From Longivirga aurantiaca (GTDB taxonomy: Bacteria; Actinomycetota; Actinomycetes; S36-B12; CAIYMF01): a stretch of 32,000 nucleotides of DNA. The position numbers and the translations under genes are program-made. This document shows, piece after piece, positions 14,667-24,183 of the stretch. Every line of letters begins with the position of its first letter. Positions within the stretch are counted from its first letter, which is position 1. The notes under the pieces were generated by a model that was not told the DNA's origin, ran no database searches, and worked only from the letters and a program-made list of their open reading frames with translations. The stretch is from contig NZ_JBHSTI010000002.1 of NCBI RefSeq assembly GCF_042660085.1, positions 240,001-272,000 on the forward strand, written 5' to 3'.

Positions 14667-16160
14667 TCAGCTGCGGGACAGGACGCCGAGGGCGGCGGCG
14701 ATGCCGAGCACGCTGCGCGGCGCGTACGCCGAGCGCCACAGCCCGCCGTGCGCGGCCTGCCGCGCCCAGGCGTCGTCCGGGTGCGCGAGCACGGCGTCTG
14801 GACGGGCGAGCGACTCGGTCGAGCGCAGGTCGTGCACGAGCAGAGCGGCCATGAGCGTGTTCGACGTCGACGGCTCGAAGATCTCGACGCCGAAGCGGTG
14901 CGCACCGGCGTACGCCGCCGCGAGCGCGCGGTTCTTCACCACCGATCTGGTGCGGGTGGCAGGCGCGATGTTGAGCGAGGTCCAGACGCCATCTCGTCGG
15001 GACTGCGTCGCGCGCCAGCGCTGCAGCCGCTTGGCCAGCGCGTAGTTGGGGCCCTGCTGCGGCACGAGGCAGTCGGCGATGCCGATCTCGCCGCGCTCGG
15101 TCTGCACGGTGTCGGGGTAGTTCGGCGCGAACCGGCCGACCGCGCGCAGCGGCAGCTGGGCGATGCCGCTGAGACCGCGCCCCTCCCACCGGCGGCGCGA
15201 CTCCTCGACCGCGGTGAGCGGCACGGCGTACACGTCGGTCGGCGTGGCCAGGAACGCGAGACCGACGTCGGCGCGCGCCGCGGTCAGCGACGCCCCCAGC
15301 GCGTCCGCGGCGAGGGCGACGCGGACGTGCATCGCGCCGTCGGCGTACGTGTAGGTGCCCAGGGTGAACGGACCCTCGAGCGTGCTGAGCCAGGTGCGCG
15401 CCTCGGGGAGCCGCCGCACGAGGTCGATGCCGGCCACCGCCGCGAGCTCGTCGTCGTCGGAGGGTGTTGCACCGAGCGGCACCGGGATGGTGAGCGTTCC
15501 GGCCGACGAGCGCGCGGTCGCGATCACACGCGCCCAGACGTCGGGACGTGGGAGATCAACGGCGACGACGTGCGCCCCCCAGCGGAGCAGGGAGCGCAGC
15601 GGCCCCATCTCCGCGCCAGCACCCAGCACCACGACCGTGACGCCGCTGAGGTCGAGCCAGTCGGGGTGGTCGAGGACGGTGTGCACCGAGGTGGCGAGCC
15701 CGCGCTCGACGATGCCCTCGTGCACCCACGAGTCGAGCTGGCGCCGTACGTCGACCGCGAAGAGCCGCTTGCCGTGGAACGGCATCGTGAGCCCGGGATC
15801 GAGGCCGGCGTCGCCGGTGATCGTCACCGACGAGTACGCCGGCTCCGTCCAGCGGGCGCAGGCGTCCAGCAGAGGCACCTGCTCGCCGTCGCGCCGGAAC
15901 ACCGAGCGGGCATGCAGCGCGGCGAGGCCGGTGCGGGCCACGGCGTCGGCGGCGTCGGCCGTCCTCGTGCCGGCGACGACGAGGTCGCGGTACGGCGCGA
16001 GATAGCCCGAACGCCACTCGCGCACCGCCGCACTGCGCGCCGCGGCGTCGGGGTCGATCGCTCCGAGGGCCTCGCCGACCACGGCTTTGGCCACGGCGGA
16101 CGTGCTGACGCGCCCGTCCGGGCCTGCTGCGAGGTCGACGCCGTCGTCGTGGTCGGTCAC
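14667..16160 (-). CDS. Conserved-looking hypothetical protein with a central Rossmann-type motif (about 497 aa)
   Basis: A long ORF with strong GC3 bias and non-repetitive composition. It has a dinucleotide-binding-like motif, VTVVVLGAGAEMGPLRSLLRWGAHVVAVDL. I recognised no family beyond that. The start is placed at GTG 16160, 40 nt after the eamA stop; other in-frame starts are possible. Confidence 0.6.
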   Translation of the reverse strand: MTDHDDGVDLAAGPDGRVSTSAVAKAVVGEALGAIDPDAAARSAAVREWRSGYLAPYRDLVVAGTRTADAADAVARTGLAALHARSVFRRDGEQVPLLDACARWTEPAYSSVTITGDAGLDPGLTMPFHGKRLFAVDVRRQLDSWVHEGIVERGLATSVHTVLDHPDWLDLSGVTVVVLGAGAEMGPLRSLLRWGAHVVAVDLPRPDVWARVIATARSSAGTLTIPVPLGATPSDDDELAAVAGIDLVRRLPEARTWLSTLEGPFTLGTYTYADGAMHVRVALAADALGASLTAARADVGLAFLATPTDVYAVPLTAVEESRRRWEGRGLSGIAQLPLRAVGRFAPNYPDTVQTERGEIGIADCLVPQQGPNYALAKRLQRWRATQSRRDGVWTSLNIAPATRTRSVVKNRALAAAYAGAHRFGVEIFEPSTSNTLMAALLVHDLRSTESLARPDAVLAHPDDAWARQAAHGGLWRSAYAPRSVLGIAAALGVLSRS

Positions 16161-16200
16161 GGTCCGATCCAACCAGCCGCGCGGGTGCGATGCAGCGAGG

Positions 16201-17142
16201 TCAGCGGGACGTCTCGGCGAGCAGCACGCCGGCCAGCACCACGGCGCCACCCAGGATCTGCACCGGCGTCAGCACCTCGCCGAGCAGGACGAAGGCGATG
16301 ACCGAGGCGATGAGCGGCTCGGTCATGCCCACGACCGAGGCCTGGGTGGCGCGCAGGTGGCGCAGCGCCTGCAGCACGAGGGCGAAGGGCACCACGGTGC
16401 CGGGCACGACCATCCACGCGATCAGCGCCCAGCCGGGCACGGCAGGGCCGTCGGCGCCGAACGGCTCGGCGGTCAGCGCGAGCGTCTCCCAGGGGAACGA
16501 CCACCACGGCTGGACCACGGCCCAGAACGCCGTGGCGAAGAAGAAGCCCCACATCGTGAGCGAGACGGGGTCGCGGTCGACGACGAGCTTCTCGCCGAGG
16601 ACGTAGTACAGCGCCAGCGCGACGGCGGCGCCCAACGACGCCACCACACCGACCACGTCCAGCGAGAAGCCGGCCCAGACCTGCGCGACCATCGCGAGAC
16701 CGACGAGCGCGAGCAGCAGGGCGAGGAAGACGCGATCGCGCACAGGCTCGCGCATCACGAACCGGAACCAGAGCGCCACCATGATCGGCGCGGTGAACTC
16801 GATGAGCAGCGCGACGCCGACGGCGAGCTTCTGGATCCCGAGGAAGTACAGCGACTGCGTTGCGGCGATGCCGAGGATGCCGTAGACCGCGAGCCTGCCG
16901 ATCTCGGCCCGGCGCAGCCGCAGGCCGCTGCGCCGTACGAGCGCGACGACGAGCAGCAGGATCAGGAACGCCAGCGTGACGCGGAGCTGGGAGAGCCGCT
17001 GCCACGGCACTCCGCCGAGGAGCAGGAACTTGCTGACCGACCCGTTGAGCGCGAAGAGCGTCGCGGCGATGAGGTAGGTGCCGTAGCCGAGGGCCGGCCG
17101 GCGGTCGATCTGTGCGACCGGCGGAGTCTCGAACACGGTCAC
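16201..17142 (-). CDS. EamA/DMT-family transporter
   Basis: A 313-aa product with 10 hydrophobic segments in two EamA-like halves. Its GTG start overlaps the glgA stop (GTGA). The upstream part of the 694-aa track ORF is an out-of-frame shadow of glgA. Confidence 0.8.
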   Translation of the reverse strand: MTVFETPPVAQIDRRPALGYGTYLIAATLFALNGSVSKFLLLGGVPWQRLSQLRVTLAFLILLLVVALVRRSGLRLRRAEIGRLAVYGILGIAATQSLYFLGIQKLAVGVALLIEFTAPIMVALWFRFVMREPVRDRVFLALLLALVGLAMVAQVWAGFSLDVVGVVASLGAAVALALYYVLGEKLVVDRDPVSLTMWGFFFATAFWAVVQPWWSFPWETLALTAEPFGADGPAVPGWALIAWMVVPGTVVPFALVLQALRHLRATQASVVGMTEPLIASVIAFVLLGEVLTPVQILGGAVVLAGVLLAETSR

Positions 17143-18314
17143 GGCGTGGGGGCCCCCGGCACGGCCCCGGCCTGCAGGTAGACCTCGACGGTCTGCTGGG
17201 CGATCACGTGCCAGCCGAACTCGGCGATGACGCGGGCCCTGCCCTTCACGCCCATGACGCGGGCGCGCTCGCGGTCGGCGACGAGCGAGTTGACGGCCTC
17301 GGCGAACCGGAGGCGGAAGCCCTCCTCGTCGTCGGCGTCGTAGTGCACGAGGAGCCCGGTCTCGCCGTCGACGACGACCTCGGGGATGCCGCCGACGTCG
17401 GACGCGACCACGGCGGTCTCGCACGCCATGGCCTCGAGGTTGACGATGCCGAGCGGCTCGTAGACCGAGGGGCAGAGGAACGCGACCGCATGGGTGAGCA
17501 GCTGCTGCACGACCGGGCGGGCCGCGTGCTCCTGGATCCAGACGACGTCGCGCATCTCGCGCAGGGTCGCGATCGCCTCGGCTGTCTCGTGCCCGATCTC
17601 GGGGGTGTCCGGCGCGGAGGCGCAGAAGACGAGCTGCACCTCGGGGTCGAAGTGGGCCGCGGCGGCCAGCAGGTGCTTGATGCCCTTCTGCCGCGTGATC
17701 CGGCCGACGAACACGACGAACGGCCGGCTCATGTCGACGCCGAACGGCTCGATCAGGTCGCTCGTCTCCCGCGGCTGCCACGCGACGGTGTCGATGCCGT
17801 TGCGCACGACGTGCACGCGCTCGGGCTCGACGAAGGGGTACGCGTCGAGCACGTCGAGGCGCATCCCCTCGGACACCGCGATGATCGCGGCCGCCTCGCG
17901 GTACGACGACGCCTCGACCCAGGACGACATGCGGTAGCCGCCGCCGAGCTGCTCCTCCTTCCACGGCCTGCGGGGCTCGAGGGAGTGGGCGGTGACGACG
18001 TGCGGCACCTTCCACAGCTCGGCGGCGAGGTGGCCGGCGAAGTTGGTGTACCAGGTGTGCGAGTGGACGACGTCGACCTGGTCGAGCACCCGCACCATGT
18101 CGAGGTCGACGGCGAGGGTCTGCAGGGCCGGGTTGGCCTTCTCGAAGCCGGCCGGCACCTGGTGGCCGATGGCGCCGGTCCGCGAGTTCCCGAAGGCGTG
18201 CACCCGGACGTCGGCGAGGGGCCTGAGCTCGCGCACGAGCTCCTCGACGTGGACTCCGGCACCGCCGTAGACGTCCGGCGGCCATTCCCTGGTGAGGATC
18301 CCTACGCGCAGCAC
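17139..18314 (-). CDS. glgA: GT4 ADP-glucose-dependent glycosyltransferase, actinobacterial GlgA / GlgM (alpha-maltose-1-phosphate synthase) type
   Basis: The N-terminus (M)LRVGILTREWPPDVYGGAGVHVEEL and the C-terminal EPLGIVNLEAMACETAVVASDVGGIPEVV are typical of the Corynebacterium/Mycobacterium-type glycogen synthase. The gene is divergent from glgC, as in mycobacteria (Rv1212c/Rv1213). Confidence 0.88.
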   Translation of the reverse strand: MLRVGILTREWPPDVYGGAGVHVEELVRELRPLADVRVHAFGNSRTGAIGHQVPAGFEKANPALQTLAVDLDMVRVLDQVDVVHSHTWYTNFAGHLAAELWKVPHVVTAHSLEPRRPWKEEQLGGGYRMSSWVEASSYREAAAIIAVSEGMRLDVLDAYPFVEPERVHVVRNGIDTVAWQPRETSDLIEPFGVDMSRPFVVFVGRITRQKGIKHLLAAAAHFDPEVQLVFCASAPDTPEIGHETAEAIATLREMRDVVWIQEHAARPVVQQLLTHAVAFLCPSVYEPLGIVNLEAMACETAVVASDVGGIPEVVVDGETGLLVHYDADDEEGFRLRFAEAVNSLVADRERARVMGVKGRARVIAEFGWHVIAQQTVEVYLQAGAVPGAPTP

Positions 18315-18427
18315 GGGCGTCAGCCTAGGGGTCCGGCCTCGGGTGCGCGCCGAGAGCGCTCGGAGAGACCGCGAGCCACGGATCGCATCGCCTTACAGGC
18401 CACCGTCCACCGGTCTACTGTGAGCGC

Positions 18428-19651
18428 GTGGCCAACCGTGATGTCCTGGGAATCGTGCTCGCCGGCGGCGAGGGCAAGCGCCTCATGCCCCTCACGGCGG
18501 ACCGGGCCAAACCCGCGGTGCCCTTCGGCGGCGCCTACCGGCTCGTGGACTTCGTCCTGTCGAACCTCGTCAACGCCGGATACCTGCGCATCTGCGTGCT
18601 GACCCAGTACAAGAGCCACTCGCTCGACCGGCACATCACGACCACCTGGCGCATGTCGACGCTGCTCGGCAACTACATCACCCCGGTGCCGGCGCAGCAG
18701 CGCCTCGGCCCGCGCTGGTTCACCGGCTCGGCCGACGCGATCTTCCAGAGCCTCAACCTCGTCTACGACGAGAGCCCGAAGTACGTCGTCGTCTTCGGCG
18801 CCGACCACGTGTACCGCATGGATCCGCAGCAGATGCTCGACCAGCACATCGCCTCGGGTGCCGGCGTGACGGTCGCGGGCATCCGGGTGCCCAAGGAGCA
18901 GGCGTACCAGTTCGGCGTCATCGAGACCGCCGCCGACGGCCGCGGCATCAACCGCTTCGTCGAGAAGCCGCTCGACCCGATCACGATCCCCGGCGACCCC
19001 GACCACGTCTACGCGTCGATGGGCAACTACATCTTCACGACCGACGTCCTGGTCGAGGCCCTGCGCATCGATGCCGGCGACGAGGGCTCCGTGCACGACA
19101 TGGGCGGCAACATCATCCCGATGCTCGTGTCGCAGGGGATGGCCAACGTCTACGACTTCGACGAGAACGAGGTCCCTGGCTCGACCGACCGCGACCGCGG
19201 CTACTGGCGCGACGTCGGGACGCTCGACGCATACCACGACGCGCACATGGACCTCGTGTCCGTGCACCCGATCTTCAACCTCTACAACCGGCAGTGGCCG
19301 ATCCTGTCGCACCTCCCGCCGCTGCCCCCCGCCAAGTTCGTCGAGGGCGGCAACTCGCATGAGTCGATGGTCGGCGCAGGATCGATCGTCGCGGGCGCGC
19401 ACGTGCGCAACTCGGTGCTGTCGTACGACGTCAACATCCGTGAGGGTGCGTATGTCGAGGGCGCGGTCGTCATGAACGGCGTGAAGATCGGCCGCGGCGC
19501 CGTCATCCGTCGCGCCATCCTCGACAAGAACGTGATCGTGCCGGACGGCGCGCAGATCGGCGTCAACCTCGAGACCGACCGCGAGCGCTACACCGTGAGC
19601 GACAGCGGGATCGTGGTCGTGGGCAAGGGCCAGAAGGTCGAAGTCAGCTGA
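18428..19651 (+). CDS. glgC: Glucose-1-phosphate adenylyltransferase
   Basis: [28 protein letters not shown], then a C-terminal left-handed beta-helix region. GTG start. Confidence 0.93.
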   Translation: MANRDVLGIVLAGGEGKRLMPLTADRAKPAVPFGGAYRLVDFVLSNLVNAGYLRICVLTQYKSHSLDRHITTTWRMSTLLGNYITPVPAQQRLGPRWFTGSADAIFQSLNLVYDESPKYVVVFGADHVYRMDPQQMLDQHIASGAGVTVAGIRVPKEQAYQFGVIETAADGRGINRFVEKPLDPITIPGDPDHVYASMGNYIFTTDVLVEALRIDAGDEGSVHDMGGNIIPMLVSQGMANVYDFDENEVPGSTDRDRGYWRDVGTLDAYHDAHMDLVSVHPIFNLYNRQWPILSHLPPLPPAKFVEGGNSHESMVGAGSIVAGAHVRNSVLSYDVNIREGAYVEGAVVMNGVKIGRGAVIRRAILDKNVIVPDGAQIGVNLETDRERYTVSDSGIVVVGKGQKVEVS

Positions 19652-20430
19652 TGCCGGGCGACGGTCGCACCGCGGTCGTCACCGGCGCGGCGGGGGGCCT
19701 CGGCCGGGTGCTCGTCGAGCGCCTCGCCCGCGAGGGCTACGACGTCGTCGGCGTCGACCTGCACGGCACCGACAGGCTCCTCGACGTCACCGACCCCGCG
19801 GCCTGCCGGGCCCTCGCGGACGAGCTCCGCCCCCGCGTGTGGGTCAACAACGCCGGCGTCCTCGGAGCCGGCGACGCGGCCACCCAGCCCGACGAGGTCG
19901 TCGACCGCGTCGTCCGCGTGAACCTTCTGGGCGTCGTGCACGGCACCCGCGCAGCCGTCGCCTCGATGCGCGCTGCCGGCGGCGGGCACGTCGTGCAGAT
20001 CGCGTCGCTCGCCTCCTGGGTGCCGGTGCCGGGGGAGGCGCTCTACGCCGCGACCAAGGCGGGGGTGCTGTCGTACACCCTCGGGCTCCAGGCCGAGCTC
20101 CGCGCCCAGGGGGTGAAGGACATCGACCTGACCGCCGTCTGCCCCGACGGGATGCTCACCCCGATGCTCATCGACGTGCTCGACGACGACTCGCTCGCGC
20201 TGTCGTTCTCCGCGCCGCGGCTGGTGACGCCTGCCCAGGTGGCCGAGCGGCTGGTCGATGTGCTCGAGCGGCCGAGGCTCGTCACGAGCGTGCCGCACTG
20301 GCGCGGTGCCCAGGTGCGCCTCATGGCGGGTATGCCCGACGTCGTGCTCAGGGCGGCACCGATCTTCTGGGAGCAGGGGCTGCGCAACCTCCGCAAGGCC
20401 CGAGCCCAGGCGGTGCTGACGCGTCGCTAG
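19651..20430 (+). CDS. Short-chain dehydrogenase/reductase (classical SDR)
   Basis: TGAAGGLG (TGxxxGxG), NNAGV and YAATKAG (YxxxK) are present. The ATG overlaps the glgC stop by 1 nt (TGATG). Confidence 0.88.
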   Translation: MPGDGRTAVVTGAAGGLGRVLVERLAREGYDVVGVDLHGTDRLLDVTDPAACRALADELRPRVWVNNAGVLGAGDAATQPDEVVDRVVRVNLLGVVHGTRAAVASMRAAGGGHVVQIASLASWVPVPGEALYAATKAGVLSYTLGLQAELRAQGVKDIDLTAVCPDGMLTPMLIDVLDDDSLALSFSAPRLVTPAQVAERLVDVLERPRLVTSVPHWRGAQVRLMAGMPDVVLRAAPIFWEQGLRNLRKARAQAVLTRR

Positions 20431-20648
20431 GAGCGGCTGTCGACGGCCGGCTCTGCGGCCGGCTCCACGACCGTGGCCCGACCGGCGTACAGAAGGGCGT
20501 GGTCGCGGGCCTCGCTACGCACGATGCGGCGGTCGCGGCGGGCAGCCGTCCGCCACCCGCACGTGCAGACCGCATGGGAGAACCGGCCGTCCTCGATGTG
20601 CACCTCGTGCTCGGGGAGGCGGCCGTCCTGGGGAAGCGGAGCGGTCAC
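20427..20648 (-). CDS. Small hypothetical protein (73 aa)
   Basis: GTG start. Third codon positions are mostly G/C when read by hand. It contains HAVCTCGW. Its 3' end overlaps the convergent SDR stop by 4 nt. I recognised no family. Confidence 0.4.
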   Translation of the reverse strand: MTAPLPQDGRLPEHEVHIEDGRFSHAVCTCGWRTAARRDRRIVRSEARDHALLYAGRATVVEPAAEPAVDSRS

Positions 20649-20843
20649 ATTCCGACGGTAGCCCAGGCACCCGGGCGGCGCGCAAGGAACCCCTCGAAAG
20701 GGTTGCCCGGGGGCCCACGACCCGCCGGGACCGAGCGCCCAGCGGCCGCCCTCAGGGTGCCTGGCCGTCCACGGCCCGTCCCATGACCGCCGTGGCGCGG
20801 TGGTCGTCCGGCACGGGCCGGTGTCTCTGACGGTCGGGCAGGC

Positions 20844-21125
20844 TCAGTCCTCGAAGTCGACGACGGTCTTTGCGCTCATCCGGTCCCTGATCCAGGCGCC
20901 GAACTCCTGGTGGACGGGGTGGTCCTGGTACGCGCGCAGGCCGTCGACGTCGTCGTGGGTGGAGATGAGCACGACATGCGCCGCGCCGGGATCGCCGAGC
21001 ATGTCGATCCCGGCGGCGATCGACCGGATGGCCCCGATCTGCGGGCCGAGCGCCTCGATGCGGCTCTTGGTCTCGGCGGCGTCGGCCGGATCGGTCAGCG
21101 TGAACGAGACGACATGGGTCAGCAC
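20844..21125 (-). CDS. Dabb-family stress-responsive A/B-barrel domain protein
   Basis: A 93-aa product with the (M)LTHVVSFTL N-terminus and a RAYQDHPVHQEF motif typical of Dabb domains. Confidence 0.8.
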   Translation of the reverse strand: MLTHVVSFTLTDPADAAETKSRIEALGPQIGAIRSIAAGIDMLGDPGAAHVVLISTHDDVDGLRAYQDHPVHQEFGAWIRDRMSAKTVVDFED

Positions 21126-21142
21126 CGGGGCTCCTGAAGGTC

Positions 21143-21176
21143 GAAGGGGCCCCGCCAGCGTAGGCGGAGCCCCTTC
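21143..21176 (-). terminator. Stem-loop terminator downstream of pstB
   Basis: GAAGGGGCCCCGCC-agcgta-GGCGGAGCCCCTTC forms a 14-bp stem with one mismatch, starting 17 nt after the pstB stop. Confidence 0.6.
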
Positions 21177-21192
21177 GGAGGTGCTGATCGGC

Positions 21193-21972
21193 TCAGCCGA
21201 AGCGGCCGGAGATGTAGTCCTCGGTGGCCTGCTGGGTCGGCGTCGAGAACATCGTCTCGGTGGGGGCCATCTCGACGAGGCGCCCGGGCTTGCCGACGGC
21301 GGACAGGTTGAAGAAGCCGGTCGTGTCCGAGACGCGGGCCGCCTGCTGCATGTTGTGCGTCACGATGACGATGGTGAAGCGCTCCTTGAGCTCCTCGATC
21401 AGGTCCTCGATCGCGAGCGTCGAGATGGGGTCGAGCGCGGAGCACGGCTCGTCCATCAGGAGCACCTGGGGCTCGACCGCGATCGCGCGAGCGATGCACA
21501 GGCGCTGCTGCTGGCCGCCCGACAGGCCCGAGCCCGGGCGGGAGAGGCGGTCCTTGACCTCCTCCCAGAGGTTCGCACCGCGCAGCGACTTCTCCACGAT
21601 GTCGTCCATCTCGCCCTTGCGGCGCTTCCCGCCCTCGAGGCGCAGACCCGCGATGACGTTCTCGTAGATCGACATCGTCGGGAACGGGTTCGGCCGCTGG
21701 AAGACCATGCCGATGGTGCGGCGCACGTTCACTGGGTCGACATCCGAGGCGTAGATGTCCTGGCCGTCGAGCAGCACCTTGCCCTCGACGTACGCACCGG
21801 GGATGACCTCGTGCATACGGTTGAGGGAGCGCAGCACGGTGGACTTGCCGCAGCCGGAGGGCCCGATGAAGGCCGTGACGGAGCGCGGCTCGACGGACAG
21901 GGAGACGTTCTCGACCGCCTTGAACGCGCCGTAGTAGATGTCGAGGTCGGCGACGTCGATCCGCTTGGCCAT
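21193..21972 (-). CDS. pstB: Phosphate ABC transporter ATP-binding protein
   Basis: Walker [10 protein letters not shown], signature [14 protein letters not shown] and Walker B LLMDEP are present, along with the PstB-typical C-terminus [10 protein letters not shown]. Confidence 0.95.
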   Translation of the reverse strand: MAKRIDVADLDIYYGAFKAVENVSLSVEPRSVTAFIGPSGCGKSTVLRSLNRMHEVIPGAYVEGKVLLDGQDIYASDVDPVNVRRTIGMVFQRPNPFPTMSIYENVIAGLRLEGGKRRKGEMDDIVEKSLRGANLWEEVKDRLSRPGSGLSGGQQQRLCIARAIAVEPQVLLMDEPCSALDPISTLAIEDLIEELKERFTIVIVTHNMQQAARVSDTTGFFNLSAVGKPGRLVEMAPTETMFSTPTQQATEDYISGRFG

Positions 21973-22003
21973 GGTGGTGATGCTCTCTTCGTGGTGTCGG
22001 TGG

Positions 22004-23101
22004 TCAGCGCTTGACGCCGGTGAACCGGGCGATGATCTTGGCGGTCAGGTACAGCACCATCACGATCGTGATGAGGACGAGGGCCGCGGCCCAGGCGCGG
22101 TCCTGCGAGGCGTCCGTGCCGCTGTTGAACTGGTCCCAGATGAACGTCGGCAGGGCGGCCTGCGGGCCTGCGAACGGGTTCCAGTTGATCGACGTGGTCA
22201 TGAAGGTCGTCAGCAGCAGAGGAGCGGTCTCGCCCGCGATACGCGCCACCGCCAGCATGGCGCCGGTGACGATGCCGCTGAGCGCGGTCGGCAGCACGAT
22301 CTTGAGGATCGTGCGCCACTTGGGGATGCCGAGCGCGTACGACGCCTCGCGCAGGTCGCGCGGGACGATCCGCAGCATCTCCTCGGTCGATCGCACGACC
22401 ACCGGGATCATGAGGATCGTGAGGGCGAGCGACGCGGCGAAACCGGAGCGCTCCATGCCGAGGGTGAGCACGAACGCCGTGTAGATGAACAGGCCGACGA
22501 CGACCGACGGCACACCGGTCATGACGTCGACGAAGAAGCTGACGGCCCGGGCCAGCCTCCGCGAGCGGGCCTGTGCTGCGTACTCGACGAGGTAGATCGC
22601 GGTCATGATCCCCAGCGGGATACCGATCAGCGCGGCGATCCCCACCTGCTCCAGGGTGCCGATGATCGCGTGGTAGACGCCGCCGCCCTCCTCGCGCGGC
22701 GAGACCCCGCGCATGGAGGTCAGCAGGAAGTCCAGGTCGAGCGCCTTCAGGCCGCGCACGACCACGGTCACCAGGATGGCGACCAGGGGCGCGAGGGCGA
22801 CGAGGAAGGTCGTGTAGACCAGCGTGGTGGCCAGGCGGTCGACCGCGTGACGACGGCCCTCGACGGCGAAGCTCCAGCCCGTCTGGATGGCCGCGAACAG
22901 CAGCGCGGCCACGACGAGTGTGCCCGCGACACCGTCGACGGACGTGACGACGTTGAGCACGTAGGCGAGGGCCAGCGAGGCGACACCTGTGGCGGCCGCG
23001 GCCCAGCGGGGCAGCTTGCCGCCGGCCAGGGCGTCGTGGAGCAGGCGGTCGCTCTCGACGCGCTCGTCCTGCGCCGGGCTCACGGGGGGCTGGTTGCTCA
23101 T
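22004..23101 (-). CDS. pstA: Phosphate ABC transporter permease PstA
   Basis: The EAA-loop [20 protein letters not shown] is present, the protein is multi-TM, and the ATG (MSNQPPVS) overlaps the pstC stop (ATGA). Confidence 0.9.
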   Translation of the reverse strand: MSNQPPVSPAQDERVESDRLLHDALAGGKLPRWAAAATGVASLALAYVLNVVTSVDGVAGTLVVAALLFAAIQTGWSFAVEGRRHAVDRLATTLVYTTFLVALAPLVAILVTVVVRGLKALDLDFLLTSMRGVSPREEGGGVYHAIIGTLEQVGIAALIGIPLGIMTAIYLVEYAAQARSRRLARAVSFFVDVMTGVPSVVVGLFIYTAFVLTLGMERSGFAASLALTILMIPVVVRSTEEMLRIVPRDLREASYALGIPKWRTILKIVLPTALSGIVTGAMLAVARIAGETAPLLLTTFMTTSINWNPFAGPQAALPTFIWDQFNSGTDASQDRAWAAALVLITIVMVLYLTAKIIARFTGVKR

Positions 23102-24084
23102 GAGTTGGCCCCCGAGAACTCGGACCGGCGGGCGATGACGATGCGGGCGATCATGTTCACCGCGAGCGTGATCACGAAGAGCACGAGCCCGCTCGCGATG
23201 AGCGCGGACAGGCCGGTGGGGCGGGCCTCGTTCCAGCGCAGCGCGATGTTGGCGGCGAAGGTGTTGCCGCCAGGCTCGGTGATCTGCCAGTTGATCGAGT
23301 ACGTGGCGGACAGCACGAGTGCCACCGCGATCGTCTCGCCCAGCGCCCGGCCCAGCCCCAGCATCGAGGCCGAGATCATGCCGGGGCGGGCGAACGGGAA
23401 GACGGCCATCCGCACCATCTCCCAGCGGGTCGCGCCGAGGGCGAGCGCTGCCTCGACGTGCTCGCGCGGCACCTGCAGGAACACCTCGCGGCTGATCGCA
23501 GAGACGGTCGGCAGCACCATGATGGCCAGCACCGTGCCCGCGATCATGATCGACCGGGTGTAGATGCCGAGGTCGTTCTGGAAGAGGGGGATCCACGCGA
23601 AGTAGGTGGTGAGCCACTGCAGGAAGCCCTGCATCTGCGGCATGAGGAAGCTGAGGCCCCACATGCCGAAGATGATGGATGGGACGGCCGCGAGCAGGTC
23701 GGTGACGAACCCCAGCGCCGAGCCGAGGCGCTTGTTGGCGTAGTAGGCGATGAAGAGCGCGATGCCGATGCCGACGGGGACCGCGAGGAGCATCGCGATG
23801 ATCGCGGTCATGACGGTGCCGAAGGCCAGCGCTGCGATGCCGAAGTAGGCCGGGTCGGAATCCGGCTTCCAGTCCTGCGTGGTGAAGAAGTTGGCCGTGT
23901 TGGCCTGGAGGCCGGGGATCGCCTTCCAGATCAGGAAGACGGCGATCGCCGCCATGATCACGAGGATCAGGACGCCGGCTCCCCGCGACAGGCCGAGGAA
24001 GACCTGGTCGCCGCGGCGGACCGCGGCGCCCTTGATCTCCGGCGCTGCCTCGGGGGCGCCCGGGGGCTTGACCGTGGTGCTCAT
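23098..24084 (-). CDS. pstC: Phosphate ABC transporter permease PstC
   Basis: The EAA-loop EAALALGATRWEMVRMAVFP is present and the protein is multi-TM. The start is placed at the ATG of MSTTVKPPG; the track start is a TTG 3 codons upstream. Confidence 0.9.
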   Translation of the reverse strand: MSTTVKPPGAPEAAPEIKGAAVRRGDQVFLGLSRGAGVLILVIMAAIAVFLIWKAIPGLQANTANFFTTQDWKPDSDPAYFGIAALAFGTVMTAIIAMLLAVPVGIGIALFIAYYANKRLGSALGFVTDLLAAVPSIIFGMWGLSFLMPQMQGFLQWLTTYFAWIPLFQNDLGIYTRSIMIAGTVLAIMVLPTVSAISREVFLQVPREHVEAALALGATRWEMVRMAVFPFARPGMISASMLGLGRALGETIAVALVLSATYSINWQITEPGGNTFAANIALRWNEARPTGLSALIASGLVLFVITLAVNMIARIVIARRSEFSGANS

Positions 24085-24124
24085 CGGTTGCAACCGCCGT
24101 GTGGTGATAGGTGGGTGGGACGGT

Positions 24125-24157
24125 CCTGGGGCGGCAGGTCAGACCTGCCGCCCCAGG
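24125..24157 (-). terminator. Perfect 15-bp intra-operon stem-loop between pstS and pstC (attenuator/mRNA-stabiliser type)
   Basis: CCTGGGGCGGCAGGT-cag-ACCTGCCGCCCCAGG lies 27 nt downstream of the pstS stop, inside the pstSCAB operon. Confidence 0.6.
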
Positions 24158-24183
24158 ATCCTCGCAGGATCAGCCGAGCGTCG

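Noticed and set aside
20649-20843. A possible small RNA (6C-like) or gene in the 195-bp gap between the Dabb gene and the 73-aa ORF. It includes the nested hairpin CCCGGGC...AACCC-ctcgaaa-GGGTT-GCCCGGG.
   Set aside because: There are no paired C-rich loops of the kind that characterise 6C RNA, and no convincing ORF. A single imperfect hairpin in GC-rich DNA is insufficient evidence. It may simply be a terminator for the Dabb gene.
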